Assembly: GCA_013239625.1 (NCBI GenBank)
Contig: MU053594.1
Span: 962,536 to 1,026,535 of the forward strand
DNA: 64,000 nt
Direction: 5' to 3'
Source of the DNA: Lama guanicoe
Lineage: Eukaryota
Positions 1-12,250 of the stretch are shown here, piece after piece (positions within the stretch are counted from its first letter, which is position 1; each line of letters opens with the position of its first letter). A program made the translations under genes and the position numbers. The notes beneath the pieces were generated by a model. It made no database searches and had not been told where the DNA came from. It saw only the letters and a program-made list of their open reading frames with translations.

Positions 1-375
1 CAAGAGAAACACAAGTGGACCACATCCGCCTGCCGATGCTCGACAGCCTCGGAGCTGGTTGCCCCTGGGACAGGTCTCCTGCCCATTCAAGCAGGCCATG
101 GTCAGGAGGGAGCATTTGTGGTCCAGGGCACGCGGTTCGGGTCAGAGGAGCTGTAGGAAGACCACATCCTGTGGTCTAGATCACTGTCCCAAATGCTCTT
201 CCAGAAGACCCTTCCTCAGAATGTGGTGGATAAAATACAGTAAGACATCTTTGAAAATCTTCTCTCATCACTACCCCCTACCTCCATCCCAATGGTGCAA
301 TGAAAATGGTTCTGAGCAAGACTTTCCATAACTGTGGTGCCCTCCTCAGTCTCAGGCCCTGGAAAGGACCCGGGA

Positions 376-830
376 GTGGGTGGAGTCATGACTCTTCAAA
401 AGACGAGGCATATTCCAACCCCTAGAATCTGTGAATAAGACTGTATTTTGAAAAAGAGTCTTGGCAGATTAACTCAAGGATTTTGAGATGAGATCATCCT
501 GAATTTAGGATGGGCCCTAAATCTACCGACCAGTGTCCTTTTAAGAAGAGCAGAGGGAGACCTGAGACACTAAGGCCACACAGAGGCCATGTGAAGACAG
601 ACGCAAAGACTGGACTTCCGCAGCCCCAAGCCAAAGAACTACTGGAACCATTAGAATAAGCTGGAAGAGGCAAGGAAGGAGTCTCCCCGAGAGCCTTCAG
701 AGGCATCAAAGCCCTGCCCACACCTTGGTTTCAGACTTCTGGCCTCCAGAATTGGGAGAGAATACATTTCTGTTGTTTTAAGCCACTGAGATTGTGGTAA
801 TTGTTTTGACGGCTCTAAGAAACCACTGCA
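376..830 (+). mobile_element. MaLR LTR, MLT1 family (MLT1C/D-like) solo LTR
   Basis: Typical MLT1 segments: 'gagatgagatcatcctgaatttaggatgggccctaaatc', 'agctggaagaggcaaggaagga', 'tttcagacttctggcctccagaa...atacatttctgttgttttaagccac'. Ends approximate. Confidence 0.85.
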
Positions 831-1329
831 GACTCTAAAAGAAACCCATTCAGGAAGTGCTCCCTGAGCACCTACGACATGCAGAGCCCTGAGCCAGGCA
901 GGGCACTACGAGCTGGTCGGATGAGATGAAGGAAAATGGATCCAACGCACAAATTTGGCACGTGGGCTGCATGGGGTCCAACTTCACGTCAGTGTGTGGT
1001 CAGAACACAAGAAAAAACTGGCTCAAGACCAGATGTACATAATACAGCAGGCTGAGACCATGGCTAGATCCCGGGGGGCAGGTATATATCACACTCGGAG
1101 AACAAGTGCCCCACCTAAGTTAAATACTTCCCGTGTGCCTAGGAGAAGCAAAGCGCTCGGCTAAGCCCTACACAGAGAAGAACCTCTTGGGTTGATTGTT
1201 CTTCCTCCCTTCTCTGCCCAGCAGATGTCTCTCCATCAGGATCAGACACCGTCTCCCTAATGAAACCTTTGCTGGCTGACTCCCTAGGAAAACAAGCAAT
1301 TTCGTCCTCTGTACATCACATCCGTCTCT

Positions 1330-1470
1330 TCATCCCTTTGCTGCAGCACCAATTATGGTGCATTTGCCATCATTTGCTTACAAAGCTGCCTCCTCCACCA
1401 AACTACAGGCTCCTAGAAAGAAGGGCCTGTGTCGAGATGCTTAGTATATTTTTTGAATGGATGAGTCAGT
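1330..1470 (+). mobile_element. L2 LINE 3' end fragment
   Basis: 'ctcctccaccaaactacaggctcctagaaagaagggcctgtgtc...tatatttttgaatggatga' resembles the L2 3' terminus. Confidence 0.5.
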
Positions 1471-2694
1471 TATTTATTCATGATTCAGGGTCATGTGCTG
1501 AAATATGCAAAATAATTACATGTTAAAATATTTTCAGGTCAGATACTTAAGAGTTGTCATAGTCACGGTCAGAATGAATCACTTTTTTTTTAAATAAAAG
1601 TAGCTTTATTCAGAGAGATACAAATTCCGTAGACAGAGTGCAAGCTGTCTCAGAAGGTAAGGGAGCAAGAGAGGCCAGAATGAATCATATTTTTGTATCA
1701 AAATAGAAACCTTCTCTATTCTTTTCTGCTCATGGAAGTTCAGTGCCAACACTTTGGTATAAGTCAAGAGTATAAATACAGATCTATAAATAGAGAAGCC
1801 TGGACATGATGTAGCAGAAGGCAATAAAATAATTTATCAGTTTCAGCACAAGTGAATAGAATTCTTTGAAATGCTAGAAACAAAGTTGCTATCCTTTTTC
1901 TATGGAAAGAAAAATGCGCATATAAATGTTTCACTTTACTTTGTATTCACATGGAGGGACTATTTTAGATCAGACAGCAGTCTAAGCGGTCTGGTATTAG
2001 GAGAAATGGTTTGGAATTGAGAATTTAACCAGAAGGAAAAAAAAATCACTTAACTATTTGCTTTTTAATGTCTACTTCAAGGAAACACCCATTTACCTGT
2101 ACAGAAATGGAGAACCCATTCCTTGTGCTCCTTCACATATTATTTTTCCTCTAAGGGCAACTAAGTGGTATGTTGCTACAGGCCTGTTTCTAAGGAAACA
2201 GGTGGGAGAGTGAACCGGCAATTGTCACAACTTACAGAACCAAAACTGGAGCCCGGTGGAGGATGGGCCAACGTGTTGTTCCAAGGAAGGGAGCCAAATC
2301 TGTAAATTGCTTACTGCAAATGGTCCCTCCTTCTCCCCTCGGGGCCAGGAGTCCCTCTGCAGTGGCATCTGACACAGGACCCTGAGTTTGATGCTGCCCT
2401 ACTCCCATCCATGCCAGAGCCCCAGCCTCACCAGACACGTCAGCTCCAAAGAGGACTACGAACCTTTGCCCTTTGAACATCAGACCTTTTCCTTTGAGTC
2501 AACAATAACATTTTGATTGTTCTAGGTATTTCTTTTAGCATATTGAATCCCTTTTTTTTTCTCATTTTAGCTTCTTTTTTCCTTAATGAAGAGTCAGAGA
2601 GGATGGATGCAAGGAAAACAGTTACGAATACAGACCCCAGTCCAACAATGATGATAAGAATTTAAACAGCATTTTGAAATTTACATTTGCTATT

Positions 2695-2850
2695 CCTGAC
2701 AATCTCACAAGCAAGCAAAACAGTGATTACCCCTCCCTTTTATGTAGGAGAAACTAAGTTTCTAAGAGATCGAATGGCTTAGTCAAGTAGTCACCTGGCT
2801 GCTGCGTAGGCTTGATGCCAGATAAAGGTGTTCTTATCGGTTCCCCATGA
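2695..2850 (-). mobile_element. MIR SINE fragment
   Basis: 'attacccctccctttatgtaggagaaactaagtttctaagagatcgaatggctt' is a degenerate reverse MIR core. Confidence 0.6.
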
Positions 2851-3284
2851 TGTTTCCTTTAGTCCAAGTTGATTTGACAAAGACCCGCCAGGACCTTACA
2901 AAGTTATCCCCATTGAGCCCTATTCACTCTCATTTGTAGAGGTAGCCAGGGGAAGTCGAGAGCCATACTGTGAGGAGTCCTCCCTAGGGACTCCAGAACA
3001 ACTCATCTCAACTCCGCCTTCGCCCCTCGACCACAGAAATCCACAGCTAAGTTCCAAAGACGGCTGATGAATTCGACTGAGTGGGACGGTGGCCAGTGAC
3101 TGAGTCAGCGTTCAGATCCACGTGCTCTGGCAAGTGAACAAGTGAGTTTGCTCCTGTCCAATGGCATCACCTCTAGCAAAGCGTGAGGGGATGCTCTGCA
3201 CAGGAAGGGCTTACAGGTGCAAACAGAGAGGGAGCCAGAGTACAGAGGGGGTGAGAAATTCAGCAAGCTGCTTTCTTCTTAGAC

Positions 3285-3490
3285 ATGCATTATCCTGCAC
3301 AGTAGCCATTAGGCACAGGTGGCTCCTTGATTTCCATCTGAATTCATTAAAAATAAACACTCAGCTCCTCAGCCACACTACCCATACTTCAAGTGCTCAA
3401 CAGCCACCTGGGACAAGTCGCTACCATACTGGGCAGCACAGATAAAGAAAACCTCCCTCCCTGCAGGAAGTTCCCCGTTGCACAGGGCTG
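3285..3490 (-). mobile_element. MER3 (hAT-Charlie) non-autonomous DNA transposon
   Basis: 'gtagccattaggcacaggtggct...cttcaagtgctcaacagccac...gctaccatactgggcagcacagata...ttgcacagggctg' matches the reverse complement of the MER3 consensus. Confidence 0.8.
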
Positions 3491-5431
3491 TCCTAGGCTG
3501 TTTTCCTTTCCATAGTGGGACCCGAGATTTTTACTTCAGGCGTAACTCAGAAAGAACTCGGGTTACCTTAGCTAGATGCCACGGAGGAGGGCAACCTGAA
3601 GAAATGACTGCTTCCCCGGCTGCACAGCTACACCACAGCCAGCGTCCCACGTTATACAAATCCAGGGTACCACTCACATCACAATGTTCGTGAGTCACGT
3701 CCCGGAGCATCGTTGAGGGTTTGTCCTGCGTCACCACTGCCTATGGCAACCCTGATCCCCCCCAAATTTATGATTTCTTCTTCAAGTGTTTTATGTCATG
3801 CCCTCAGCACTCAGGAAAAACAAGGACCTTATACACAAGCACAAAAGAAACCTGGAGGAAAGGACAGAGCAGCAGCATCAACAAACGTTTTTAAGATAAT
3901 GTATCTGCGTGAAGGTGCTCTCCTGTAAAATGCTATTATTACTTCTGCACTGGCATGTTTTTCCTTCCAAATCTCATTACAAGTGCTTCTCTAACACTCA
4001 CTATTTACTCAACAGCAGAAATCAACTCCCACTCAGAAAACAGCTAGGCATCGCCACTTCAAAACCCATAAATATCAGATGTAGGTATTTTATAGGAATA
4101 TTTTCAAAATTCAAATTACAGGTGAATGTTTCTGGTTTCTGTAACTTTCTTCCCTCTGGTGTTGCAAATTGATCAGAAGAAAAAAAAGAATGACAAGTAT
4201 GGTCTCCACTTCCAAACCTCCCCACAAACACCGCCCCAACACTACCATCCACCTTGGGTGTTCTGGACTGTGCTATGTATATTTAAATGTTTTGTAAAAG
4301 ACTCTTTTCTCATTAGCTTAAATTGGAATAAAATGCTTCCATATGGCTCCAGGGCATTTAAAAAGCCAGCAAAACTTTTAAAATAACAAAATTAACATAA
4401 AATAACCTTATAATTAAAAAATTGAGGAACACCATCCAATAAAGTCTAATGCCATGCTAAAAATACTCCTAGAGTGCCAGAAGGTGGGGTGACAGCTAGA
4501 AAGGTGTAAAGAAAGACACATCTCGATAGAGGCATTCCTGTGATTTGTGAGAAATGATAATGTTTTTTAAGGTAAATTTTCAAAGATAACTTCTTGACAC
4601 ACAGCTCCCTCTTTTTCACCTTCTTTATTTTGGTGAATACATCTTTCCACTTGGACTTGGCGTAAGGGAGCTGCGTTTTTGTTTTTTTTTTAAAGGGTCT
4701 TTTTTCCTTCTATAGAGATGTATTTATATTCAGCTGGAGAAAAAAAAATAATAAAAAACAAGGCAAGAAACACTGGAAAGCACTTAGAAACCGTGACTAT
4801 TGGTCTAAAACCTACAGAAGAAATTTTCTTTTAGTAAGACAAGAAAGAAAGATGACTCCAGTGACATAGCAACCAATTTGGGAGGTGTCTGAAGTGAAGC
4901 ATGCATACTGAGTCAGAAAACATGTAAATCAAGACACAAATTATTACAATAAATGTGCATTAAGTGAGGGTGGTCCTCAACTGTTCTCCCTCCATGGTTA
5001 GATGATGTATGTGAAATCTACGTGATTACCAAACATGATAGATAATTCAACAACACAGATCCCGATTAGGCTTTTTTGAGCATCATTTACCCCGATCCCC
5101 ACTACGAAGTCTCCATGAGATGCTTCGCTTTCCCTGTTCAGGATGCTGACATTGCCACATGGATAGGTCAGCAATGAAAAGTAAACATTGATTGAATTCA
5201 CCTATAATATGCTTACCTGAGGCTAATATTTCATTGATTAATTTTTAAGTTTAAATATGGCAATGCCCTTTGCCTTCCCCAAAATGAATACCCCTAATTC
5301 ACTCTCCAGTTTTCGTCTTTATCAATAAGCCTGATCAAAAGCCATTGGTCCAAACAAAATTAATGCAACCATTGGTCCAAATAACAAAACCCAATAAAAC
5401 TACTAGTGGTAATAATTTCTGAAAAAAGGTT

Positions 5432-5673
5432 TCTTTTTAAATTGAGTTATAGTCAGTTTACAATGTTGTGTCAATTTCCAGTGTAGAGCACAATTTTTCA
5501 GTTATACATGAACATATATTCAATGCACCATTTTTTTCGCTGTGAGCTACCACAAGATCTTGTACAGATTTCCCTGTGCTATACAGTATAATCTTGTTTA
5601 TCTATTCTACATATGCCTGTCAGTATCTACAAATTTCAAACTCCCAGTCTGTCCCTTCCCACCCCTCTCCCCC
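5432..5673 (-). mobile_element. 5'-truncated lineage-specific L1 3' end with TSD
   Basis: T-rich tail followed by 'ttgagttatagtcagtttacaatgttgtgtcaatttccagtgtagagcac...tttccctgtgctatacagta' (artiodactyl-type L1 3'UTR). CTGAAAAAAG is repeated at 5419-5428 and 5674-5683. Confidence 0.85.
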
Positions 5674-6439
5674 CTGAAAAAAGTTAGTAATTCTCAATTA
5701 TCAGTGATGATTTTTAATGACAATTAACCAATTACTGATAAACAGCTGCCAAAAAACTGGAAGTCTCCAAAGACTTTTTTAATTTGGTAAGAGTTACAAA
5801 TGAAAACTGTCCTGCAGTTTGCTCACTGCTAGCGAAGTATTCCATCCAGGCCAGCCAGAAAAAGATCCAGCTTCTCACTAAGATTCCTATCAGCAGTAAC
5901 AAATCCCAAAGCAATACTTGGAAAAGTTGCTCAAATGAAAAGCCCCAGGGAATGTCGTGTTATTCATTCAGCAAACATTTACAGCAAATTCCGATGGCTA
6001 CATCCTGAGTTTTGGTTCCCCTGGGAGCCTTTTCACCTCTGTAATCCTAAATTGGTCTACTGCGATATCTAACTGTGGTCCATTATCAGCCCTCCTCTCT
6101 TCCAGTCGCCTGTTCCAGCCATACCAACTCTTGCCATCTGTCAGGACTATACTTCTCTTCCTGTCCCTTTTCTCCCAATCAATCATCCTCCTAGACTTCA
6201 GTATCCCCCCATTTAGGGCTCACTCCCCCTCCAACCTAATTCCTCACCCCCCATCCTCACACTTCACACACACTCCCACAGTAGGTCCAATCCAACCATT
6301 CATGGATGCCCCTCCAGCTGAGGGCTTGTCAAGTGCTGCAGGAGAAGATGAAACTATGCAGGTTGAACCAATGACAAATCTGTGAATTCCAATTTCAGCA
6401 AACTCCCCAAAACATTTTTTTGTGAGGGAGGCATCCAGG

Positions 6440-8255
6440 CAGCTCCCTTTCCCATTTGCCCACATTTTTACCACCTGCTCAAGCACCCAGATCCTCCCTT
6501 TGCTCCCCTGCCCATCAGCAAATGACCTCTTCTCTTCCATTACGGTCCAAATAGAAGCCACTGAGGAATAGATTTTATCAGTTCTCAGGCTCTCCTCCTA
6601 CCTACCTCCAAATTTATTTGTATTCCTATCAATCCTTCTTACAGTTCCTCCAATTACAAAGAAACAGCCATACCTTTTATTTGACGCTTCCTTCTCTTGC
6701 TGTGCCCTCGATCTCCTTCTGCCTCCCTCTGGGATCCTGCCCATCAGCCACTCTTCTCTCCTCTACCTCTAACCCTTCCCTGCCCGGTTCCCTCAGGTCC
6801 ACTAACACGTTCAAGTTCCCTCTAAAAGAAGTAACAGCTCTCCCTCAACCCATGCCCTTCTCCGGCTCCCTGCTTCTTCTCCTTCTCGGCAAACTTCCTG
6901 AAGGAATGACATTTCTCCATCCTTCGTTTAGTAACAAATGTTCAGCAATCTGGCTTTTTCCTCCACCACTTCACTTGGTAGGACATCACTTTTTTTTCTA
7001 TTCGCCTTAACCTCTGTCTAGTTATTCTCAGCATTCATTCCTTCTGGTGTAACACTGACGTTCCCTAGGGTTCCACCAAGCATAACCACACCATTTATCA
7101 TCCAAACCAGGACAGTCTACAGCGTGAAAGGCAGCACGCTGGCCCTTTGCTCACCCAGGCTCCAACCTTCTCATTGTCTCACTCATATCCAGCCTGGACC
7201 ACCTTCCCTCCCCCCATGACTCCCCTTTTCCTCAAGAGGATGATAAGCCCTGTATCCACATATCCAAGCCTGAGCCTTTGGGAGAGCCAGAACCATATTT
7301 GCATTTTTTAAACTGGAGACACCCTCCTGAATCCCCACAGACACTTCAGACACAACAGACCCTCACAGAACACACTGCTCTCCTCTCCGGCCACTGCATG
7401 TTCTGTCTCAGTCAGCGGCATTACTGTTCCTCCCATCATCACAGCCAGATGCCTCAGAGTCATCTCTGATGTCCCTTCTCCATCCTTATGACCAAAATGG
7501 TTCAACAGTGAACCATTACCACATTCTGTCAATTCTTGTCTTGATCATCTCTTAAACTTCTTCTCATCTCTCATCTCCAAGGCCACTGCCTTGTAAATCC
7601 CTCTTCATCTGCTTAGAACAATGTTCCTTGACTTTTTAAAAACCCACATATACCCCTTCTTCTGAAACAGAAATGCACCTCATCCTGCACCCCACCCAGT
7701 CCTCCTGACTCATCTCCTCTGTCTGATCTCCTTGGATCTACTTTGGTTCCTTCTGGGTCCTTCTCCATTCTGCTTCCAGTTATCTGCCTTAAGAGATCTA
7801 ACCATCATGTCATAAATTCCTAAAACTTCTAAAATCTTGAAAAACTCCTTGTCCCATCAGAGGCTTTATCATGATCTGCTCTTGTCTACACATTCTGCCA
7901 CTCCTGACTCACCATTCCCCACAGCCCACCACCACTCACACTAGACCAAACCACTCTAAGGTCCTAAAGCTCTTTTCTCTTGTCAGCTACATGGAGAATC
8001 TCCATCCTACCTTGAAGATTTTTCTGCTTGGGTCCGAATGCCACCCTCTCCCTAAAGACCTCTCTGTCCTTCCTCGGGACACCTGCTTCCACTGTTCTCT
8101 GATTATTCACACTCAGGGTTGCTTTCACAAGGAGACTCCACAGCTCTGGAGACAAGGGTCACTTCTCATTCATCTCTGTCTTCCTCGTGCCCAGAACATA
8201 GGAAGCACTTGCCTACTTGAGAATCAACAAATGAATGAATGAATGAATACGAATG
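6440..8255 (+). mobile_element. Long degraded L2 LINE remnant
   Basis: C/T-rich L2 ORF2-like sequence ending in the typical L2 tail 'gtgcccagaacataggaagcactt...gaatgaatgaatgaat'. The 5' boundary is uncertain. Confidence 0.7.
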
Positions 8256-8613
8256 AAGTGTCGTGTGCCAAGACATCTGCTAATACAGTACAAATATTAA
8301 TCACATAAAAATTAAGCACAATCATCATGTGAAGCTGAAACCCCCTTCTCTCCAGAAGCGAGCCATACAGAAAGCCTTCTTGACTTATTTTGCAGAATAA
8401 GACTGCATAATATTATGTGAAGTGAATAGACAAACTCTGACTTCTAGGTCCAAATCATCAAAATCCCACATCTGCCAGGGGTAAGGTTCCTAAAACAGTG
8501 ACTAGATCCAGGTATAGAAATGAGACCCTTTTGGCAGAATGTCTAAATCACTCATAATATTTTCTGTAAGACTGAAGCACTGGCGTTTATACTAGAGGTA
8601 GAAGATTAAGGTA

Positions 8614-8751
8614 TGGGGGGGGGACAGTACAGCTCAGGGGTAAAGCGCATGCTTAGCATGCACAAAGTCCGGGGTTCAATCCCCAGTATCTCCGTTAAAA
8701 AATCAATCAATAAACCTAATTACCCACCCCCCCCCAAAAAAAACAAGCAAA
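8614..8751 (+). mobile_element. tRNA-Ala(AGC)-derived camelid SINE (Vic-1 type)
   Basis: Head 'gtacagctcaggggtaaagcgcatgcttagcatgcacaaagtccggggttcaatccccagta', tail 'taaacctaattacccacccc' and A-rich end. TSD AAGATTA(A/T)GGTA at 8602-8613 and 8752-8763. Confidence 0.9.
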
Positions 8752-8929
8752 AAGATTATGGTACATTAGATGTATCAGACTATGGAGTCAATCATAGGAA
8801 TTTATTCTTGGCCTCATGTGTAAAACTGGATGAAAGGAATGACCAATATGATTGTAGATCAGCATTTCTAAAACTGTCCTGCAGAAGTCTAGATTCTTCA
8901 AAATGTTAATAACGTGACCATCAGCGACT

Positions 8930-9140
8930 ATTTTCTAAGGACACCCCAAGGGCCAGGCACAGTGCCAAACATTTCACACACAAAATCATTTCACTTCATT
9001 TTCATAATAATTCTATGGACATCTATTATCAGTACGTCTGCCTTCAAGATGAGGAAACTACAGCTTAGTTATAGAACTTTCCCACAGTTTCACAATCCAG
9101 ATGAATATGACTTTAAAGGTAGAGTTGTTAACCACTGCTG
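8930..9140 (-). mobile_element. MIR SINE
   Basis: 'ccaggcacagtgccaaacatttcacac...caagatgaggaaactacagctt' is a reverse MIR. Confidence 0.7.
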
Positions 9141-9825
9141 CCCACGTTCAAGTGGGTTTTGGAAACCTGGTATCCTCATGCCCTCCTTGGAGGTTACAGT
9201 CTGCATGACCATTATAAGGACTCTCGCAAGTTTCCCAGCAGAGAAAAATCTTTTGACTTTAACACGACACTCCTCAAGCTTTTTTGACTCCAGGAGCCTT
9301 TTTTAATGGAGCCATTTGCAACATATCAGGGAGCACAGGTCTTGCAGAATACCACATGGCCTCAGATGGTCACCAAAGGGACTATGAACTCACCGAGGCC
9401 AGAAAGGAGAAGGGCGCTAATTGCAGCATTCGACATGGGTGACAGAGCTAGTGAGGCATTTGTGTCACAATCTCAAACGCCAGGTGACATAATGATAGTG
9501 ACAATACTCATGAGTTGAATGAAAAGTATTTCCTATTCATGCAATGAGACGCTTCGATTTGATCCATGAATCACACAGCCAATTCAAGCAGCCAATTTGC
9601 CAAAGGGACAGTGGCAGTAAAGGCTTCCCGACTGGTGCCACAACACAAAGCCTGTGCTATTTTCCAGTCCTTCCACACATCCCTCCTGTCTAGGACCCTC
9701 ACATTCTTAAAAGAAACCCTGAGCTTCCAACAAAGTAGAGTAGTCTGGGAGATGTAACAGTAAGAGGGCTGGGGACAAGTGGCTTTGTTACAAACAACCC
9801 ACTTTCAGTTCCACTATATTGCTCT

Positions 9826-9960
9826 CTTATTTATTCAAATTCCATTTACTGACCACCTACTATGCGTCAAACTCTACCTGAAGACGGAAGACAGCCTTCC
9901 CCTCAAGGAGCTCATAGCCTCCTGGGAGGAGAGCAGGATACAGAGATAAAGCGACAGACG
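9826..9960 (-). mobile_element. L2 3' end fragment
   Basis: 'ttatttattcaaattccatttactgaccacctactatgcgtca...cctcaaggagctcatagcct'. Confidence 0.65.
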
Positions 9961-10719
9961 TCATGAAGTCCTGTGCAGAAAACGTGCACCCTGCTACATG
10001 CTCTCTCGCAGCCCAGTTCTTTCTAGAAGGAAGGTGGATCCAAAAAGGCTTCACATCCTTCATCCTAAAATGAGTACATTTATAATAAAGCCTGCCTTCC
10101 AAAATCCTAAGGGAAAATGGAGGTTACAGCCATAAGAGGAAAGCTGATTAAAGGAGTATGTAATTTGAAAGTCAGCCAAGAGGTTCATGGTGGGCAAAGC
10201 ACAGAAAGCAGGAATGGAGATGCTGACAGTCTGGTTTTGATCCTGAGAGACCTTAGCAAAACCCCTGGCCTTCCCTCATCCTCCTCTGTCGTATATGGAT
10301 GCAACAGAGATAAATTAATATAATGTGACAGGCAAAGACTTAGGCAGTTAGTGAAGCAAAATAGAAAAGACAAAAAGCTGATTTAAGATGCATTATAACA
10401 ACTATAACAGAAAACAAATTTATTTCTGTATATAAATAACCTTAATAACTTAACGTGGACTTTTACAAGACTAAAATTAAATAACAGAATTACTTCTTGC
10501 CTACAGCCTTTTTTTTCCCCCACTGAACTGTTCCAAGGTATCTTTACGTGACTTTCTTTTACCAGCATTACTTATCTGACAATCCTCAGTCGAATGAATC
10601 CACGTCTACATTCTGTACTTACAGGATAAATGAGACAGACGCAGTAGGAAAATGAAGGGCCAAGAACCGACCAAATGACCTTTTCTCATGAATCACCCTA
10701 AAATACCTGCATGTTCCTT

Positions 10720-11940
10720 TTAAAATTATTATCAATAGACTTTTGAAAACAGCTTCTGATTGGGAAGACAGCAGAGTTCCCACACACCCCATCAACCTGT
10801 GCGAAGCTTCCTTATTACTGACGTCCTACACGAGTATGGTACACTTGCTACAATGAATGAACCAGTACTAACACATTATCATGAACGCCAAGTCCATCAT
10901 TTATTCAGACTTTCTAAGTGTTTTCCTAATGTCCTTTTTATGTTCCAGAATCCCATCCATACACCTAGTTGTCAGGGCTTCTCATAGCTGCCTTAGTGTC
11001 TCAGACTCGCCCTGTATTTGATGACCTTGACGGCTGTTCTGTAGGAAGCCCCCTCTACTGGAATTTTTCTGATACTTTCTTCCTGATTAGATGGGGGTTA
11101 TGGGTTTGGGCGGGAAGACCACAAGGTCAAGTGCCATTTTCATCAGTCATTTCAAGGCTACCTACTATCAAAACGATTTAGGACTGTCAACGTTGTCCTC
11201 GATCACCTGGCTAAGGCTGTATTTATCAGGTTTCTCCATTGTCAAGTTAGCCCTCTTGCCCCGTTTCCAAACTGCAGGAAAGAGGTTACCATGTGCATCC
11301 CACCTTAGGAGAGGGAACGCATGCCCTCCATCCTTTAGGGGGGATTGTCTCCATGATTTATTCTGAATTCTTCTGCACGTGAAATTTCTCTCTTCTCCCC
11401 CATATATTAATTTATTCAATCATTTACTTGCATAGTGTGAACTCATGGGTATTCATTTCATACTTTGGGTTATAATCCGACCATTTTGTATCTTTTGTTG
11501 CACACATTTGTTGCCCAGCTTTGGCCACTGGGAGCTCTTTCAGTTGGCTCCTGTGTTCCGTTGACATACCCCCATCAACGTGGTTTTCTTTTCTTTCCTT
11601 CTTTCCTTCCTTCCTTCCTTCCTTCCTTCCTTCCTTCCTTCCTTCCTTCCTTCCTTCTTTTCTTCCTTCCTCCCTCTCTCCCTTCTTTCACCTTCCTTCC
11701 TTTCTGGTACTGTGAGATGCTCCAGGCTCATGCTGTGTATTTTCTGCCCCCGTCCTAGCATCAGCCATTTCTCCAAGGACCTGGGCACTAAGATGCTCGT
11801 GGCTACTGAGGTATCATTTCTTTTAAGCCCTTTCAGGTGACAGAGCAAAGAAATACACGTGTGTTTACGAACCCATGTACATATACTTCTCTATAAATAT
11901 TTCTATATGCAACTGCCTTTATATATATTAAGTAAAACAT
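10720..11940 (-). mobile_element. Old L1 (L1MC-like) 3'UTR fragment
   Basis: 'acagcagagttcccacacacccc...acaatgaatgaaccagtactaacacattatca...ccagctttggccactgggagctctttcagttggctcctgtg...gcatcagccatttctccaaggacc' are L1MC-type 3'UTR motifs. Confidence 0.8.
11588..11702. repeat. (TTCC)n microsatellite within the L1MC fragment
   Basis: Direct reading of the sequence. Confidence 0.95.
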
Positions 11941-12119
11941 TATGTATCTTTTTTAATTCTCCAGAAAATTTCAATACTTAGAAGTTTTCTATTTAAAGTG
12001 TTTCAGAAGAAAATTCTGTCACTTATAGTTAAAATTTCCCATGGCATCCATCACTGAATGATCAGTGAGAGTTTGCTGATATGAAATACAGAGCTTGAGA
12101 TCCATCGGATAGCAGTAAG

Positions 12120-12250
12120 GCCCCATCTCCCCTCCTATAAAGTGGGGACAGCAATGACGTCAACTGAAAACAGGATCACTGCGGAATTAACCAAGATAAT
12201 CTATGTAAATATTCCAAACAGACTCCAACCCACTATAAGCATTTAATAAA
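12120..12250 (+). mobile_element. MIR fragment
   Basis: 'ctcccctcctataaagtggggacagcaatg...gaattaaccaagataatctatgtaaa'. Confidence 0.6.

Noticed and set aside
5957..7010. 142-aa and 130-aa Ser/Pro/Leu-rich ORFs
   Set aside because: They arise from C/T-rich, stop-poor sequence in or beside an L2 remnant.
8614..8700. tRNA-Ala(AGC) genes (also at 20970-21045, 30126-30197, 57575-57650, 59891-59965)
   Set aside because: All have A-rich tails and stem mismatches and most have TSDs, so they are SINE copies, not functional tRNA genes.
11465..11848. Overlapping ORFs with PSFL/RKEG repeats
   Set aside because: Translations of a (TTCC)n microsatellite inside an L1 3'UTR.
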